From a virus (lineage: Duplodnaviria; Caudoviricetes): a stretch of DNA of 64,000 nt. A program made the position numbers and the translations under genes. This document shows positions 1-9,746 of this stretch, piece after piece. The stretch spans positions 128,001 through 192,000 of IMG/VR virus record IMGVR_UViG_3300035698_013504; one strand, given 5' to 3'. Under the pieces are notes generated by a model. The model had not been told where the DNA came from. It searched no databases and saw nothing but the letters and a program-made list of their open reading frames with translations. How positions within the stretch are numbered: the stretch's first letter is position 1; the number at the start of each line of letters is the position of its first letter.

Positions 1-1528
1 TACATCGGCCATTGCCACAAAGGAAGCCGCGGAGACGGAACTCGCCACGATTGACGAGACAGCTCTTCGTAACCGGATGGCCGCCCACAGTAACGCCGAC
101 CTTGAGTTGCGTAAGCTACACACGCTCGTCAACGAGTTGAATGCCGCCAAATATGATCGTGTCAAGGCCAATGACATTGTTCAGTCGGTAAGTGATGCAG
201 TTACAACGCTTGAGTGTCAGCGTGACGAGATTGCCGGAGACCTACCAAAGCTCCAAGCTCGTTACCAGGAGCTTCTCGTCTTGCAGCGGGATCGTCAGAC
301 GCTCGAGTCCCTATCCGCAGAGGCTAAGACATTAGCGTCGTCTCGTCGTGACCCCCCGGTTCCGCCGGGTTATCCGCGGGACGAGGTACCTAAGGCGGAG
401 GACTTTGTACAGCAACTCTCCACCGACATCGAGATAAACCACAGATTCGTTACGGCGATACGGGCCGACGGCAAGTGTGCCTTCTGCCAGTCTGTTGTTG
501 ATCAGGCGCCGCAGAAGGTTGCCACAGCACAGTCACGAGCTGTCAAGCTTGCTGAGCAGCACAAAGCCTGTCTTGAGGAGTTCACGCGTCTTAGAGCCGG
601 TTGGAGCGAGTATGATATCTCGAAGTCCACACACGATGAGTGGGCTCGCAACTATCAGATTCGTTGTTCACATGTTATGGACCAGCTGAAGGCTATTGGC
701 GACGTTCCCCCAGTCTACGAAGAGCAGTTGACGGAAGTCGCTGCAGCGTTACAGAAGTATCGGTTGATCGAAGATGATCTTACGGTTCGTCGTCAGCAGT
801 TCAACACTGCGCGCGACCGCAGGGCGTCTTTGGATACCACGATCGTATTGCTCGAGGAGCGTAACAAGATGGCCCTTGAGTTGCATAAGCAACTTATGGA
901 CTCGGAGGCGTACGAGGAAGTTCGTCTGTCGCTGTTACGGGCCGACGAGTTGCGCCGAACTGTTGGTGAGTCGGAAGGTAAAATCGGCACGCTGACGCAG
1001 CAGCAAGAGACACAGGCGGCTAAGCTGGAAGACATGAAGCAGAAGGAGGCAGAGTCTGGCGCAAAGCGTAAGTACCAGGATCTGCTCACACGGTCACGAG
1101 TTGTTCTACACCGCGACCGTCTTCCCAATGTTGTCGCTCAGTCTTTCCGTGACGCCCTCAACAGTCGTCTCTTCAAATACCTGAGTCTCTTCGAGGCTCC
1201 GTTCAGCTGTGCCTTGCAGCAGGACTTGTCGTTCGTCTGTTCGTTCCCAGGCGGGTGGCAACCTGATGCTGGTCGGTTGTCCGGCGGCGAGCGTGTCGTT
1301 CTTGCGATCGCTTTTAGGTTTGCCGTCAACGATTTGTTCGCGTCACAGCTTGGCCTGCTGGCTCTCGATGAGCCTACTCGCTGGTTGGACGACGGGAACA
1401 TTGACCATGTTATCAACATCCTAGATCGTACCAAGAAGCTCACGTCCTCCGGGGCGTGGCAGGTGCTTGTTGTCACGCACGCTGACGCCCTTAAGTCCAC
1501 GTGCGACAATCGTATCGTTCTCGGGTAA
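1..1528 (+). CDS. SbcC/Rad50-like SMC-family ATPase, C-terminal part (gene starts upstream of the window)
   Basis: Frame is open from position 2. Long coiled coil with CAFC zinc hook, LSGGE signature, LALDEPT Walker B/D-loop, VVTH H-loop. Confidence 0.9.
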   Translation, partial: TSAIATKEAAETELATIDETALRNRMAAHSNADLELRKLHTLVNELNAAKYDRVKANDIVQSVSDAVTTLECQRDEIAGDLPKLQARYQELLVLQRDRQTLESLSAEAKTLASSRRDPPVPPGYPRDEVPKAEDFVQQLSTDIEINHRFVTAIRADGKCAFCQSVVDQAPQKVATAQSRAVKLAEQHKACLEEFTRLRAGWSEYDISKSTHDEWARNYQIRCSHVMDQLKAIGDVPPVYEEQLTEVAAALQKYRLIEDDLTVRRQQFNTARDRRASLDTTIVLLEERNKMALELHKQLMDSEAYEEVRLSLLRADELRRTVGESEGKIGTLTQQQETQAAKLEDMKQKEAESGAKRKYQDLLTRSRVVLHRDRLPNVVAQSFRDALNSRLFKYLSLFEAPFSCALQQDLSFVCSFPGGWQPDAGRLSGGERVVLAIAFRFAVNDLFASQLGLLALDEPTRWLDDGNIDHVINILDRTKKLTSSGAWQVLVVTHADALKSTCDNRIVLG

Positions 1529-1532
1529 CACA

Positions 1533-1566
1533 AGGGGTGGGGGTTCTATACGGCCCCCCACCCTCT
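1533..1566 (+). terminator. GC-rich hairpin after sbcC-like gene (possible terminator)
   Basis: AGGGGTGGGGG...CCCCCCACCCTCT stem; only a weak U-tract follows. Confidence 0.45.
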
Positions 1567-1611
1567 ATGTTGTAGTTGTCAAGAAATTTACCAATAGGGT
1601 TAATATTCTGG

Positions 1612-1640
1612 TTGACAACTAGACCCACTATTGATACACT
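1612..1640 (+). promoter_or_regulatory. sigma70-type promoter
   Basis: TTGACA (1612-1617), 17 nt spacer, TG-n-TACACT (1635-1640), upstream of ORF 1690. Confidence 0.75.
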
Positions 1641-1689
1641 GATCGAACCTCTGATCAGAACCACGATGGCCTAATATGGAACAGAAATC

Positions 1690-2211
1690 ATGATCGAAGT
1701 AGTGGCGAAACTGGAGTTCATTACGCCGTGCCTCGGGAGTTTGAGGCAGCGTAAGAACCAGACGGGCGTGATACGAATGCCTCGCGATTCACAGGGGCAA
1801 GTCATATTCATGCAGACGTGGTGGCGCGGCGTGCTGGAGTACGGCGCCAAGGCGATGACCCGCCACCAGGAACACGTAAAGAACATTCAGGTGGACACCG
1901 TTGTTGACGGCCCAGTCCGCCGGTTCACACGACACTTCCGTAACCAAGGGCGCCAGGGTACGCAGATTCACGAGGCGTACATCGCAGGCGCGGTTGTGGC
2001 GGTCAACTTCATGTTACCGTCAGACATATCCGTAGAAGCGTTTACGGAGATTTTGAGTATTGGCGGCCAGTACCTTGGAATTTCACCTTACGGATGGAGA
2101 GAGGATTATGGACGATTCCGCGTTGTCGACGTCAGCCCCAGATCAAGAGCAAAGTCCAGTGATCCTGATTCGCCGACAGGGCAACCTGATACAGGTGACC
2201 CCGAGTCTTGA
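1690..2211 (+). CDS. Small stand-alone RAMP-superfamily (Cas7/Csm3-like) protein
   Basis: N-terminal LEFITPCLG; RDSQGQVIF..WWRGVL (cf. RD..G.P.IPGSSLKG.LR); HEAYIAG (cf. E.V..G); C-terminal Gly-rich GGQYLGISPYGWREDYGRFRV. Confidence 0.6.
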   Translation: MIEVVAKLEFITPCLGSLRQRKNQTGVIRMPRDSQGQVIFMQTWWRGVLEYGAKAMTRHQEHVKNIQVDTVVDGPVRRFTRHFRNQGRQGTQIHEAYIAGAVVAVNFMLPSDISVEAFTEILSIGGQYLGISPYGWREDYGRFRVVDVSPRSRAKSSDPDSPTGQPDTGDPES

Positions 2212-3622
2212 ACCCTTGCTTGGACCAGAGTTGCGGTATTCTCATTTGAATCTGAACTTCACCCCTAGGGGTCGCCCCCGTCAGGAGTCTGACGGGGAAA
2301 AGGAAGACAAGCCCCCAGTGGAGCAGCGCCTTCTCTACACAATAGACGCCAGCGGGTCTCTCGTTTGTCCGGCCGGGTTGACGGAGCGTGTTTGTAGTAT
2401 CCTCACAAGGTTTCGTTATAGATACCGCATTGAGGACCTGCGCACACTTCCGCCGATCGAGCATGACTTATCACACCTTACGTCTCTGCGCCCCGGCCAG
2501 GACGAGTCGATCGCAGCGGTCATTTCCCATGATCACGGGCAGATCGTTGCCCCGACAGCCTTTGGTAAGTCACACCTAATGCGCCTTATCTGTGCGATAT
2601 ATCCCGACGTACCTATCGTTATATGCGTACCCGGTATATCTATCTTGCAGGGCCATTATCGTCAGCTACATCATTTCCTACCCGCATCGGAGATAGGCAT
2701 TGTAGGTGGCGGCAAGCGAGACCCTAAGCGCGTCACAGTATCGACGACCCAATCGCTTTTACATACAGATGTGGAGAAGTGTAGGTTGTTGCTCTTCGAC
2801 GAGGTCCACAAGGCCGCGGCCGAAGAGACGTCTAAGATGCTTGGCAAGTTCAGTAATGCCCGTATGTTTGGATTCACGGCATCGCCAGAAGGTCGGTCTG
2901 ATCGTGCAGAGCCTGTTATCGAGGCGCTGTTCGGGCCGGTTATCTACAGCATGCCATATCAGCGCGCGCTTCAGCTCGGGCTGATCTCACAGATATACGT
3001 GCACATCAACCCGGTGTCCGGTGACCCCATCGACAACGTGACCCGCGCCGGTAGGCTGCGTAATGGCGCCTGGTACAACAATGTACGGAACCGACGTATT
3101 GCTGAGGTAGCCCGTCGCTACGATAACGATACCCAGGTTCTAATCACCGTTGAGACCGTACAGCACGCTTTTGCGTTGAAACATCTGTTGCCGGAGTTCC
3201 ACGTGTGTTATGCCGGTATAGACGAGAAGTCTCAGAAGGCCCTCGCTAATCGTGGGTTTCTTCCTCCCGACTTCACACCCCTTGACGGTAACGGCCGGAT
3301 GCAGATGCAGGACATGTTCGAGCGTAGGCAGTTGTTGAAGGCTATCTCAACGCCTATCTGGAATACTGGTGTAGACTTTACAGGATTGGAAGTACTCATC
3401 CGTGCCGACGCCGGGTCTGGCGAGATTGGTAACATCCAGATACCCGGTAGGTTGTCTCGTATTTCCGAAGGTAAAGAGGGCGGTATCCTCGAAGACTTCG
3501 GCGACGAGTTCGACCCATATTTCCGTCGGAGAGCGCAGGACCGTCTCCGATCATACAAAAAACGAGGATGGGAGATCGTGAAATGCCAGGAGGGTCAGTA
3601 TCTTCAGCAGAGGGCGACATGA
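2159..3622 (+). CDS. Superfamily 2 DEAD/DEAH-type helicase (UvsW/Res-like); start uncertain (2108 or 2159)
   Basis: APTAFGKS, LLFDEVH, FTASP, WNTGVDF, IQIPGRLSR motifs. Confidence 0.9.
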   Translation: MILIRRQGNLIQVTPSLEPLLGPELRYSHLNLNFTPRGRPRQESDGEKEDKPPVEQRLLYTIDASGSLVCPAGLTERVCSILTRFRYRYRIEDLRTLPPIEHDLSHLTSLRPGQDESIAAVISHDHGQIVAPTAFGKSHLMRLICAIYPDVPIVICVPGISILQGHYRQLHHFLPASEIGIVGGGKRDPKRVTVSTTQSLLHTDVEKCRLLLFDEVHKAAAEETSKMLGKFSNARMFGFTASPEGRSDRAEPVIEALFGPVIYSMPYQRALQLGLISQIYVHINPVSGDPIDNVTRAGRLRNGAWYNNVRNRRIAEVARRYDNDTQVLITVETVQHAFALKHLLPEFHVCYAGIDEKSQKALANRGFLPPDFTPLDGNGRMQMQDMFERRQLLKAISTPIWNTGVDFTGLEVLIRADAGSGEIGNIQIPGRLSRISEGKEGGILEDFGDEFDPYFRRRAQDRLRSYKKRGWEIVKCQEGQYLQQRAT

Positions 3623-4155
3623 GCCAATCTGATGATCGTATCCGACAGACCGTAAGTGATCTGAAGGATGCCTATTTGGACTTGATGCGCATGTGGAAAC
3701 CAGATGCACGACGCATGGGCAATAAGTACGATAAGAGACTTTACAAGTTGGCGTCTGAGCTTGTAGAGGTAGGCGGGAGCCCATGGGGTTACATGCGCTA
3801 TATGCACCGGCTGTACGGTAATCGTACCGGGCAGGTGTGGCCAAACCAGTTCCTGTCTGCGATGGCATTGACTGCGTATGGGCAGGACTTTGAGAATGAG
3901 CAGCGTGTACGTCGTATCCTGTTGCGTGCTGGCGCCAGCGTCGTTGCTGTCGAGATGCGCATAGGCAGGAGTCTTGAGGACGCGCTGTTGGATGAGCGTC
4001 TGCGTATCCCGGTCGTACTTCGTTTCTGGCTGGGACGTAGTGAAGGGCTGCCGAATGTAACCGCTATGTATGCGGAGCAAGCAGAGGAGCTGTTACGACA
4101 GGAGCCCGATTACGGAGTGGCACTACGAGAGTTTGAGGAGGCGGCAGATGTCTGA
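3619..4155 (+). CDS. Hypothetical protein in the replication operon (possible helicase loader)
   Basis: ATGA overlap with upstream stop and overlap with downstream gene; no motif recognised. Confidence 0.6.
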   Translation: MSQSDDRIRQTVSDLKDAYLDLMRMWKPDARRMGNKYDKRLYKLASELVEVGGSPWGYMRYMHRLYGNRTGQVWPNQFLSAMALTAYGQDFENEQRVRRILLRAGASVVAVEMRIGRSLEDALLDERLRIPVVLRFWLGRSEGLPNVTAMYAEQAEELLRQEPDYGVALREFEEAADV

Positions 4156-5623
4156 GATGCAACAGGGCATGCCTCAGAGTAGTGTTCTACTCCTAGTCAT
4201 GTACCTTCTCCGCTGTCCAGACATAAGGTCTGACGCAGCGGGTCGTATCAAGCCGGAGGATTTCAACAGACCCAACGAGTATCACTACCGCTTACTGTGG
4301 TCCGTGATACTTGGGTTTATCCACAAGGGACAGTCGGAGCTAATTACGCCGCAGTACTTACACAACGAGGTTGACATCCAGGCGCCGTCTGAGCCCGAGT
4401 ATCAAATGCCGGGTCTGGTAACCAGCCTTCACGCCTTTATCGACAATTGCTTTGCGCAGGACGGCGCGTTTGTAGTCGATTACGGAAAAGATCTACTTCA
4501 GACATTTCTAGACGAGCGCCGGGTTCTTGACGATTTCCGTCAGAATATTTCTGCAGGAACGGACTTGCCAGCCCTTGTGGCGTCGTTGACGCAGAACTAT
4601 GCGACGACCCGGGTTCAACGTTCGGAGATTCTTTCTCCGATGAAGCCGGGTAACGAGGAGTTTGGTGTAGCGCCAAGGCGTCCGTGTGACGTTGAGTTCA
4701 TTGACGCGCTGCTCGGCGGCGGTATGAAGCCCGGAGCCGTATACGGGCTGCTCGGCCCGTCGAGTGGTGGTAAAACGCTGTTGGCTGTTCAACTCTTGGT
4801 TGCTTATGGTATGCGTCAGCGTCATTGTGTGATGATGACCTACGAGTCTCCGGCCGCGGGTGATATCAACGATCGTATCTACGCTTGCACCACGCAGTCT
4901 GATATCCGAGAGTTTGAGAAACAGCGGGACGAGATTGACCCGGCCATCATTAAGCGTCTCACAGCCTGTCAGGCCGTCTGTGGAGATTACATTCATGTAA
5001 TTGACATGAGCGGTAGAACTGAAGGCGGAGAGCGTGGCGGCTGCGGCGGACCTGACGAGATTGCAGGTATCATTGATTCAATGGAGAAGGAGGACAGGTT
5101 ACCCGAGCTGGTGATCATTGACTGGCTATGGCCCATGATGCTTCGCTGGGTTGTAGGGCAGGGCAGGAAGGTAGACGAGGCCAGACCACTCGTTACGCTC
5201 GCGATTGATCGCCTGTGTCAAGTCGCATCCAAACACGGTAACAACTTCTGGATCACACACCAGGTTGACACCCCCGGCGCGAAGGCCAAGTCGGGTAAAA
5301 TGTTGCACTGGACAAGCTCAGCTGAGGCTAAGAACTTTGCGTGGATGGTGAACACCTGTTTCGCCCTCTCGCCTATTGATCTTAGCAACCCGGCCGAGTT
5401 TCCACTGACTACGATCACAGCGTCTAAGACTCGGAATGGTCGGTCGGATCACCGGTTCATCGAGCTGCAAGGTAAGTTCAGCCGCTTTGTTGATAGGCAC
5501 CTTGAGTGTGAGCGCGACGAGCGTTCGGGCTCGATATGTCTTATTGATGATGTGGGCGCCATACCTACTGACGCTGATGATATATCCTCAGAGATGCAGG
5601 ACGACCCAATGGGAGGCCCATAA
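4148..5623 (+). CDS. Replicative DnaB-like (SF4/RecA-fold) helicase
   Basis: Walker A GPSSGGKT, MTYE, VIIDW Walker B, ITHQ, KTRNG; lies next to primase. Confidence 0.8.
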   Translation: MSEMQQGMPQSSVLLLVMYLLRCPDIRSDAAGRIKPEDFNRPNEYHYRLLWSVILGFIHKGQSELITPQYLHNEVDIQAPSEPEYQMPGLVTSLHAFIDNCFAQDGAFVVDYGKDLLQTFLDERRVLDDFRQNISAGTDLPALVASLTQNYATTRVQRSEILSPMKPGNEEFGVAPRRPCDVEFIDALLGGGMKPGAVYGLLGPSSGGKTLLAVQLLVAYGMRQRHCVMMTYESPAAGDINDRIYACTTQSDIREFEKQRDEIDPAIIKRLTACQAVCGDYIHVIDMSGRTEGGERGGCGGPDEIAGIIDSMEKEDRLPELVIIDWLWPMMLRWVVGQGRKVDEARPLVTLAIDRLCQVASKHGNNFWITHQVDTPGAKAKSGKMLHWTSSAEAKNFAWMVNTCFALSPIDLSNPAEFPLTTITASKTRNGRSDHRFIELQGKFSRFVDRHLECERDERSGSICLIDDVGAIPTDADDISSEMQDDPMGGP

Positions 5624-6708
5624 TGGGCGTGTTAAACGTCGCACTTTACTCCTCCCTGGTTCGTCGCTTTGGGGAGGTACGCATCGTTGGTGGAGGGCAG
5701 CCTGTACGTTATCACGTGCTGTCCGATACGCGTAAGAGCTGGAAGGAGAGGCTTATCATTCCTCCCGGCGGCGCTGGTGAGTACTATGTAGTGTGCTGCC
5801 CGTGGTGTAACGACCGGAAGTTCAGGTTGTACATTAACCACAGGTGGAACACAACATGGGTAGACCCGGTACACGGCGAGATTGAGTTCGGAGGTTGGTT
5901 GGCCGTCTGTTACAACGAGCGTTGCTGCCAGGTCTATTCAGACTTGAAGGATCAGCTCAAGGCGTACATCTACCGCAAGAACAAGAAGCTGTGGGTGCCA
6001 CCCAAGGCGGCAACTCAGGTAGAGTTTAAGACGGTTGGTCTGCCGGGTTCGTGTGTACCCATCAACTCGTTGCCCCCAGACCACAAGGCGGTGCAGTACT
6101 TAGAGAGTCGCGGTTTCAACGTCGACCACATGAGTGAGCACTACGCTGTACAGTACTGCTGGAAAGCGACAGAGAGCCCGAACTACAAGGCGTCTCTTGT
6201 CGAGGATCGTATCGTCTTCCCCATTTACCGAGAGGGCGCGTGCATCGGCTGGCAAGCGAGGTTTGTTGGCGACCCGCCGAGCAAGAAGATTCCGAAGTAC
6301 TACACCATGCCCGGGTATCCGGTTCACTGGTGGCTGTACGGTTACGACGCTGCAAAGGAGTACCCCTACGGCGTACTCGTAGAAGGAATCCCGTCCGTAA
6401 TTCGTCTTGGACCCCCCGCTGTTGCGCTGATGGGTAAGTTCGTGTCAGCTCGGCATAGTATCCTAATGCAGGAGGCGTGGGACTCTTTGGTGATTGCCCT
6501 TGACCCAGACGTATACGAGGACAAGTCTTACGTGGCAAAGTACGTCAACGCAAACCCGTGGGAAGATCCGTATGGATCGTTCAGCCGTGGGAAAACACGA
6601 ATAATGTTCCCCAAGGACACGGACCCAGCCGATTTCCCTCAAGAAGAGAGTTGGCGAATTATAATGTCGCAAGTGAAGGAGGCCACGCCAGATGCTAGAA
6701 TGGCATGA
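5623..6708 (+). CDS. DNA primase (Zn-binding domain + TOPRIM)
   Basis: CCPWCND zinc finger, RIVFPI/GWQAR, VEGIPSV, ALMG, ALDPD TOPRIM motifs. Confidence 0.85.
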   Translation: MGVLNVALYSSLVRRFGEVRIVGGGQPVRYHVLSDTRKSWKERLIIPPGGAGEYYVVCCPWCNDRKFRLYINHRWNTTWVDPVHGEIEFGGWLAVCYNERCCQVYSDLKDQLKAYIYRKNKKLWVPPKAATQVEFKTVGLPGSCVPINSLPPDHKAVQYLESRGFNVDHMSEHYAVQYCWKATESPNYKASLVEDRIVFPIYREGACIGWQARFVGDPPSKKIPKYYTMPGYPVHWWLYGYDAAKEYPYGVLVEGIPSVIRLGPPAVALMGKFVSARHSILMQEAWDSLVIALDPDVYEDKSYVAKYVNANPWEDPYGSFSRGKTRIMFPKDTDPADFPQEESWRIIMSQVKEATPDARMA

Positions 6709-8878
6709 GATAGAGCTTGATCCACAAGTCTTGGAGGAGAACCCCTTCACCGAGGAATTTGTTGCTCAGGCGGCGAAGATGAACTTCTCGCCTGAAGTCT
6801 ACATGCGCCATCTGATGGTGGAGCCGCTGTCAATGGTAGTTCACGACAAGTACAGTAACTCGACAGTAAGAACACACATCCCTGGCCATCTACTCGATTT
6901 TGCTAGCCCAGGGCCTCACCCCGCAGCGGTAATGATCATGGGCAAGATGCCCAACCGTGACGACGCGGCTGCAGGTAAGTACCTCGAGGGTCCTTCGGGC
7001 GATAAGCTCAAAGAGGCTTTCAAGGCTTGCAACATGAGTAGCTCTTACATGTACGCGACGAACGTCCTTAAGTTTCAGCTGCCGGAGAGTATGAAGAACC
7101 CACCGGCCGCGTTCTTAAAGTACGACCGTCCGATACTCATGCAGGAGATAGCACTCGTAAAGCCTAGATTCATCCTGTTGCTTGGTTCGATTGCTGTCAA
7201 GGCTGTCTTCGGTAAGAAGGCAACGATAACAAGGTACCGTGGAGCCCTCGTTGATTGGAACGGGGCCAGGGTGCTGGCGACAATTGATCCGGCGGTGTTA
7301 GTTCGTGACCCGAGCCTTTTACCCGGGTTCCTCTCCGACATTCGTAACTTCTGTGCAGCCATCGAAGAGGAGTCACAGGTAGAGGTAGAGCGCGAGCAGC
7401 TCAACTACTACTACATGGACACTGTTGAGAAGGTAGAGGCGTACTGTGATGTATGTGAGAAGCGTGGCGACAAGATTTTCGCGGTTGACTGTGAGTGGGC
7501 GGGCCAGAGCATATGGGATCCTGACGGATACCTACGGACCATCCAATTTTCAGCCAGACCAAGAGAAGCCGCTGTCGTTATTCTTCGAGACGAAGAAGGT
7601 CGGGAAATCCTGAGCCAACACGCTCTTCAGGTTTCTGACCGGTTACGTAAGATGCTGACGCGTGACGGCGTTGGTATCGTAGGACACTACATCCGTGCTG
7701 ACCTCCCGTGGCTTTACGACTTTGGCCTGGACCTCTTGTCGAGGGTTTGCTTCGACACGATCCTGGCGAGCCACTTGTTACAGGAGTCGCTGGACCACAA
7801 GTTGGAATCTTGCGCTGTCCGACACACTACGATGGGTAGATACGACTTGGCGGTAAAGCTTTGGCTGTCTGATAACAAGACCAAAGAGGATCTCAAGGCG
7901 GAGGGTTATCGGGACGTACCGGACGAGTTACTTCTTCCGTACGCCGCCGCCGATGCCGACGTTACACGTAGGATCTATGAGTTGTTCCACGCTGAGCTTG
8001 AGCGTGACCCGATGTTACACAACCTGTATTACAACGTGGTCATGCGAGCGACGTACCCTATTCTCGAGATGGAGATGAGCGGCATAGCTGTCGATAAAGA
8101 CAGGCTGCTGTTCATGCGCGATGTTTACGAGAAGCGCCTAAATGAGATGATAGACGAGCTACGCCAGATGATTGGTGACCCGGAGTTCAACGTGAGGTCA
8201 CCTCTTCAGGTACAGCAGCTTCTTTTCATGGAGGCTCCAAGAGGATTGGGCTTAACGCCCGTTAAGAGTACAGCCGCAACTCATAACATGGATTGGGAGA
8301 CCGCGGTTCGTAAGTTTGAGAAGCGTGAGATCTTCATCCCACCCCAGCCGTCGACGGATAGCGAGTCGTTGAGTATTCTTGCCGTGGAGTCTCCGATTGC
8401 CGAGTTGGTGCGGGATATCCGCATGGTGGACCAGGTAACGAAGAACTTCTTGCAGGGACCCGACGACACCGGCGAGTACAGCCGTGGCTTGATTGGGGCC
8501 ATTGACCCCGACGGCCGGATACGCACGAACCTAAGCCAGATGACGGAGACAGGCAGGCATAGATCGTTCAATCCTAATCTGCAGAACATCACGAAGGCAA
8601 AGGAAGATGATCTCGCTAAGATCATGGGACCCGGTGTCCCCACGATGCGTTCGTGCTTCATCGCCTCACCCGGGTGTGTATTGATTGAGGCAGACTACGT
8701 GTCAGCGGAAGTTATTGTGCTTGGTCACCTTTCTGGCGATCAGAGATTGTTAGCTGACGCTAAAGGAGATATCCACTCTCAGAATGCTGTGGATTTGATC
8801 GGAGCGCAGTGTAGTGTGGAGGAAGTGAAAGAAGCCTTCCCAGGGCTTCGCGTGGCAGCCAAATCCTTGACTTTCGGT
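6692..8878 (+). CDS. polA: Family A DNA polymerase, exon 1 (family-4 UDG-like domain + 3'-5' exonuclease + polymerase up to motif B)
   Basis: UDG-like EIALVKPRFILLLG; exo AVDCEW, GHYIRAD, YAAADAD; motif A EADYVSAE; motif B RVAAKSLTFG ends exactly at 8878 (729 codons). Confidence 0.9.
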
Positions 8879-9746
8879 CGAATGTCGAGTAGCATGGTTG
8901 CAGTTGTCACGCGTGATCGTAATCAAGGAGAGCAGCCATGCCCAGATCAATGTCTATCGAGAAGAACTGTGAACAGTGCGGTAAAAAGTTTTCCCCAAGC
9001 AATAGAGGTAAGCGCGGAAGGGAGCAGAAGTATTGCTCTTCATCGTGTGGACTTCGTGGCGCCAGACCGTCTAGAGAAGTGTGTTGCAAGTATTGTAAGA
9101 CAACGTTTCTCCACCGAGGTAGAGGCCGACGGCTATTTTGCGATCGTTGTATGGTCGTGCGTCGGCGGGAGTACACGCTGGAGTACCGTATACGCCAGGG
9201 TACTATTGAAAAACCAGGCGTTGGGTCAGGAGGTAACCAGTGGGGTGAGAAGAATCACAGCTGGAAGCCGGTGGATCAGCGGAAAACCACGAAGTACAAA
9301 GGAAACTATCGGACAAGATGTTTTCGTGTGTGGGATAAAACGTGTGTCGTCTGCGGATCAGAGGATCGCATACAAGCCCACCATATTGACGGAGACTCAC
9401 AGAACTTTAAGACAGACAACCTTGTGCCCCTTTGCCATGAGCACCACTGGGTGGTGCATCACGACAGACGAGCTACAAAGGAAGAGCTACTCGACGCTCT
9501 ATTCAAGATCTGGCCAAAAGGCCGAATCAAAATCGCGGAAAAAACGGGGATCTCCCACGTGGACAACCCGAGGTGAAGGCCGCTGTAAAGGCGCCCAGCC
9601 GCAACGACTAGGTGGTGAGGCCGGTGTTAGTGTTCCGGCGTATAATCTACCCACGAGGCCGCGACCTGGAAACAGGAAGAGATAGTCTGGCCTTACAGGT
9701 AACTGTAAGAAGCACCGGATAAAGAGCCGGTGCGATAACAACAGCG
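8879..9746 (+). mobile_element. Group I intron in polA carrying an HNH homing endonuclease
   Basis: Exon ends in U8878 with P1 pairing TTCGGT/GTCGAG (U.G at splice site). P10 pairing GAAT/ATTC. P7 strands CAACGACTA (~9604) and GAAGAGATAGTC (~9676). Terminal G9746. Removal restores KSLTFG|IPYSRG in frame. Confidence 0.9.
8938..9576 (+). CDS. Intron-encoded HNH homing endonuclease with N-terminal Cys-rich repeats
   Basis: CVVCG..IQAHHIDG..N..DNLVPLCHEHH; SD GGAG upstream; the 3' end overlaps the intron core. Confidence 0.88.
   Translation: MPRSMSIEKNCEQCGKKFSPSNRGKRGREQKYCSSSCGLRGARPSREVCCKYCKTTFLHRGRGRRLFCDRCMVVRRREYTLEYRIRQGTIEKPGVGSGGNQWGEKNHSWKPVDQRKTTKYKGNYRTRCFRVWDKTCVVCGSEDRIQAHHIDGDSQNFKTDNLVPLCHEHHWVVHHDRRATKEELLDALFKIWPKGRIKIAEKTGISHVDNPR

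Noticed and set aside
1529-1689. CRISPR array or short-period guide repeat next to the RAMP-like gene
   Set aside because: The intergenic region holds only a hairpin, an inverted repeat and a promoter; no direct repeat-spacer units were seen here or elsewhere in the window by eye.
8879-9685. C-terminal ~270 aa of the 997-aa polymerase ORF in the track
   Set aside because: Read-through into the group I intron; the real polymerase continues at 9747.
8879-9746. Group II intron or intein interpretation of the polA insertion
   Set aside because: No GUGYG start, domain V or RT ORF; no C/S...HN intein ends in frame. Group I P1/P7/terminal G are all present.
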